Part shown: piece after piece, positions 60,828 through 64,000 of the stretch
Layout: every line of letters starts with the position of its first letter
Numbering within the stretch: position 1 is the first letter of the stretch
DNA from: the human T2T-CHM13v2.0 reference genome, Homo sapiens
NCBI RefSeq assembly: GCF_009914755.1
Contig: NC_060933.1
Reading direction: 5' to 3' (one strand)
Length of the DNA stretch: 64,000 bases
Made by a program: the position numbers and the translations under genes
The notes under the pieces: model-generated
The model's database searches: none
Told to the model about the DNA's origin: nothing
Seen by the model: only the letters and a program-made list of their open reading frames with translations

Positions 60828-62475
60828 TGATGTGGTTTGGCTGTGTCCCCACCCAAATCTCATCTTGAATTCCCATACGTTGTGGGAGGAACCTGGTGGG
60901 AGGTAATTGAATCATGGAGGTAGGCTTTTCCTGTGCTGTTTTCCTGATAGTGAGTAAGTCTCATGAGGTCTGATGGTTATTATAAGGGGGAGTTTTCCTG
61001 CACAAGCTCTCTTTGCCTGCTGCCATCCATGTAAGATACGACTTGCTCCTCTTTGCCTTCCACCATGATTGTGAGGCTTCCCCAGCTACATGAAACTGTA
61101 AGTCCAATTAAACCTTTTTTCTTTTGTCAATTGCCCAGTCTTGGGTATGTCTTTATCAGCAGCATTAAAACAGACTAATACAGTAAACTGGTATCAGTAG
61201 AGTGGGATGCTGCTGAAAAGATACCTGAAAATGCAGAAGCAATTTTGGAACTGCGTAACAGGCAGGGGTTGGAACAGTTTGAAGGGCTCAGCAGAAGACA
61301 GGAAAATGCAGGAAAGTTTGGAACTTCCTAGAGACGTTTTGAATGGCTTTGACCAAAACGCTGATAATGATGTGAACAATGAGATCCAGGCTGATGTGGT
61401 CTCAGATGGAGTTGAGGAACTTGTTAGAAACTAGAGCAAAGTTGACTCTTGTTATGTTTTAGCAAAGAGACTGGCAGCATTTTGCCCGTGCCCTAAAGAT
61501 TAGTGAAACTTAGAACTTGACAGAAGAATTAGGGTATCTGACAGAAGAAATTTCTAAACAGCAAAGCGTTGAAGAAGTGACTTGGGTGCTTTTAAAGGCA
61601 TTCATTTTATAAGGCAAGCAGAGCATAAAAGTTCAGAAAATTTGCAGCCTGACAATGTGATAGAAGAGAAAAACCCGTTTTCTGAGGAGAAATTTAAGCT
61701 GGCTGCAGAAATTTGCATAAGTAACGAGGAACTGAATGTCAATCCCCAAGACAATGGTGAAAATGTCTCCTGGGCATGTCAGAAGTCTTCACAGCAGCCC
61801 TTCCCATCACAGTCTCAGAGGCCTAGAATAAAATGGTTTTGCTGGGCCCAGGGTCCCCATGCTGTGTGCAGTTAGGGTGTTGGTGCCCTGCATCCCAGCC
61901 ACTCCAGCTGTGACTAAAAGGGACCAAAGTATAGCTTGAGCTGTTGCTTCATAGGGTGGAAGCCCCAAGCCTTGGCAGCTTCCACGTGGTGTTGAGCCTG
62001 TGGATGCACAGAAATCAAGAATTGAGGTTTGGGAACATCTGCTTAGATTTCAGAAGATATATGGAAACACCTGGATGCCCATGCAAAAGTTTGCTGCAGA
62101 GATGGGGCCCTCATTGATAACCTCTGCTAGGGCAGTGAGGAAGGGAAATGTTGGGTGGGAGCCCCCACACAGAGTCCCTACTGGGGCACCGCCTGGTGGA
62201 CCTGTGGGAAGAGGGCCACCATCCTCCAGACCTCAGAATGTTAGATCCACCAACAACACCATGTGCCTGGGAAAGCCACAGACACTCAACACCAGCCCAC
62301 AAAAGCAGCCAGAAGGCAGGCTATATCCCGCAAAGCCACAGGGGCAGAGCTGCCCAATACCATGGGAACCCACCTCTTGCATCTGCATGATCAGGATGTG
62401 AGACATGGAGTCAAAGGAGATCATTTTGGAGCTTTAAGATTTGGCTGCCCCTCTGGATTTTGGACTTGCATGGGG
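60828..62475 (+). mobile_element. THE1B-like element: 5' LTR (60828-61182) plus truncated internal region
   Basis: 'tgatgtggtttggctgtgtccccacccaaatctcatcttgaa...gactaataca' followed by THE1 internal sequence; no 3' LTR. Confidence 0.9.
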
Positions 62476-62919
62476 TTAAGAAATGAAAAGCATAAAAATT
62501 GAAAAGTGAAAAGAAAAAATATTTTTATTCACAGAACGTATATTGTATATGAAGAAAATCCTAATATATTTATTTAAAAAGCTGTGAATAATAAGAATCA
62601 AATTCAATAATGGTGCAGAATGTGTAGAATGCAAGGTCAATACACAAAATACAATATGGAAAATTAATGGAATTTCTAAATACTAGAAATAAACAATTGA
62701 GAATACATTTAAAAGTAAAATTTTAATGGTATAAAAATAGTTAAGAATAATTTAAGTGAAACCTTTAAAAATCTTTCACACTAAAACTTTTTAAAATTTC
62801 TTGTAGAGAAACATTACAGAAGACTTAAATAAATGTAAAGATCTACCATGTTCATAGATTTGAAGATGCAACATTGATGTGAATTCTCTGGAAGTTAATC
62901 TTTAGAATCAATGCAGTAG

Positions 62920-63230
<311 letters not shown>

Positions 63231-64000
63231 TCAATGCAATCTATAGTTTGTAATTTATTAACTACAATGAATTCTATATCTATTTACTACAACTCTGTAG
63301 TAAATTGTGGCAAACATTTTGAGAGAAATTCACAAGCTGTTTCCAAAATTTGTTTGGAAAATTCACAGGACCTAGAATTTTGAGAAAAAAATAGAGCCAA
63401 TTTTCAGACATCTAAGAAAGCTGCAGTATCAAAGCATCATAACACAAAAATAATAAGGATAAAGAAGGGTTCAAAATTAGACCTCCACCTATGCAGTAAA
63501 TTAAATGTTTATAAGGGCATGTAGATAATTCAGTGGGGAAAGTAAGTCTTTAACAAAGGCTTTTGAAATAAATGCATTCTCATATTAAAAAAATACATGC
63601 ATCAGTCCTTTGTATACACAAAACTAGTCCAATATTTTTAATGTAGGCATAAAAATGAAAAAGCAAAATTCAGAAAGCTTTTAAAAGAAAAAAATTAAAC
63701 AATATCTGCGAGCTATTATAATAGGAAAAATATTTCTGAACAGAGAAAGCACTATCATAAGAGTAAAAATTGATAAATTGTAGATATTAATTAAAAATGT
63801 ATCCTAATAAAACTGCAAAATGTAAGAAAATATAATTTTAAGCCATAGACTGTGATAAATGTATGAGAAAAAAATTGCGTGTTCAAAACGCACAGAGTAC
63901 TCCTGAGATCCACTAAATAGTTATAAGAATCTTGAACAGGTATTTCACAAAACAAGAGATACAAGTGGCTTATAGGAATGTGAAAAGATGCTCAGTGTTA

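Overview
Primate (very probably human) genomic DNA with the look of a pericentromeric segmental-duplication mosaic. I find no intact protein-coding gene, and no prokaryotic or CRISPR features. The left (1-15 kb) and right (45-64 kb) flanks are AT-rich and full of interspersed repeats: a 5'-truncated L1PA with a disabled ORF2, a full MSTA element with a nested LTR and Alu, THE1, MLT1, older L1s and many Alus. The centre has two intron-containing pseudogenes on the minus strand, one TBC1D26/TBC1D3-family (~15.7-19.9 kb) and one CDRT15-family (26.9-28.1 kb). These are followed by a 16-kb GC-rich composite: (i) an ~8-kb degenerate 19/20-bp satellite that reverses polarity three times and whose arms share specific higher-order blocks, (ii) ~27 gamma-satellite (GSATII-like) monomers in a long/short pattern, (iii) a 486-bp subtelomeric TAR1 block inserted in register into one gamma monomer, and (iv) a REP522-like CpG island with clustered YY1, GC-box, NRF1 and perfect estrogen-response-element motifs. 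The best candidate for an undescribed system is this composite acting as a leftward transcription unit: promoter, then satellites able to fold back, then a splice donor at the satellite edge, then CDRT15-like exons. The layout is visible in the sequence; its activity is inference. Family names come from recall of consensus sequences, not database searches, and most boundaries are approximate unless a target-site duplication (TSD) or splice site is quoted.
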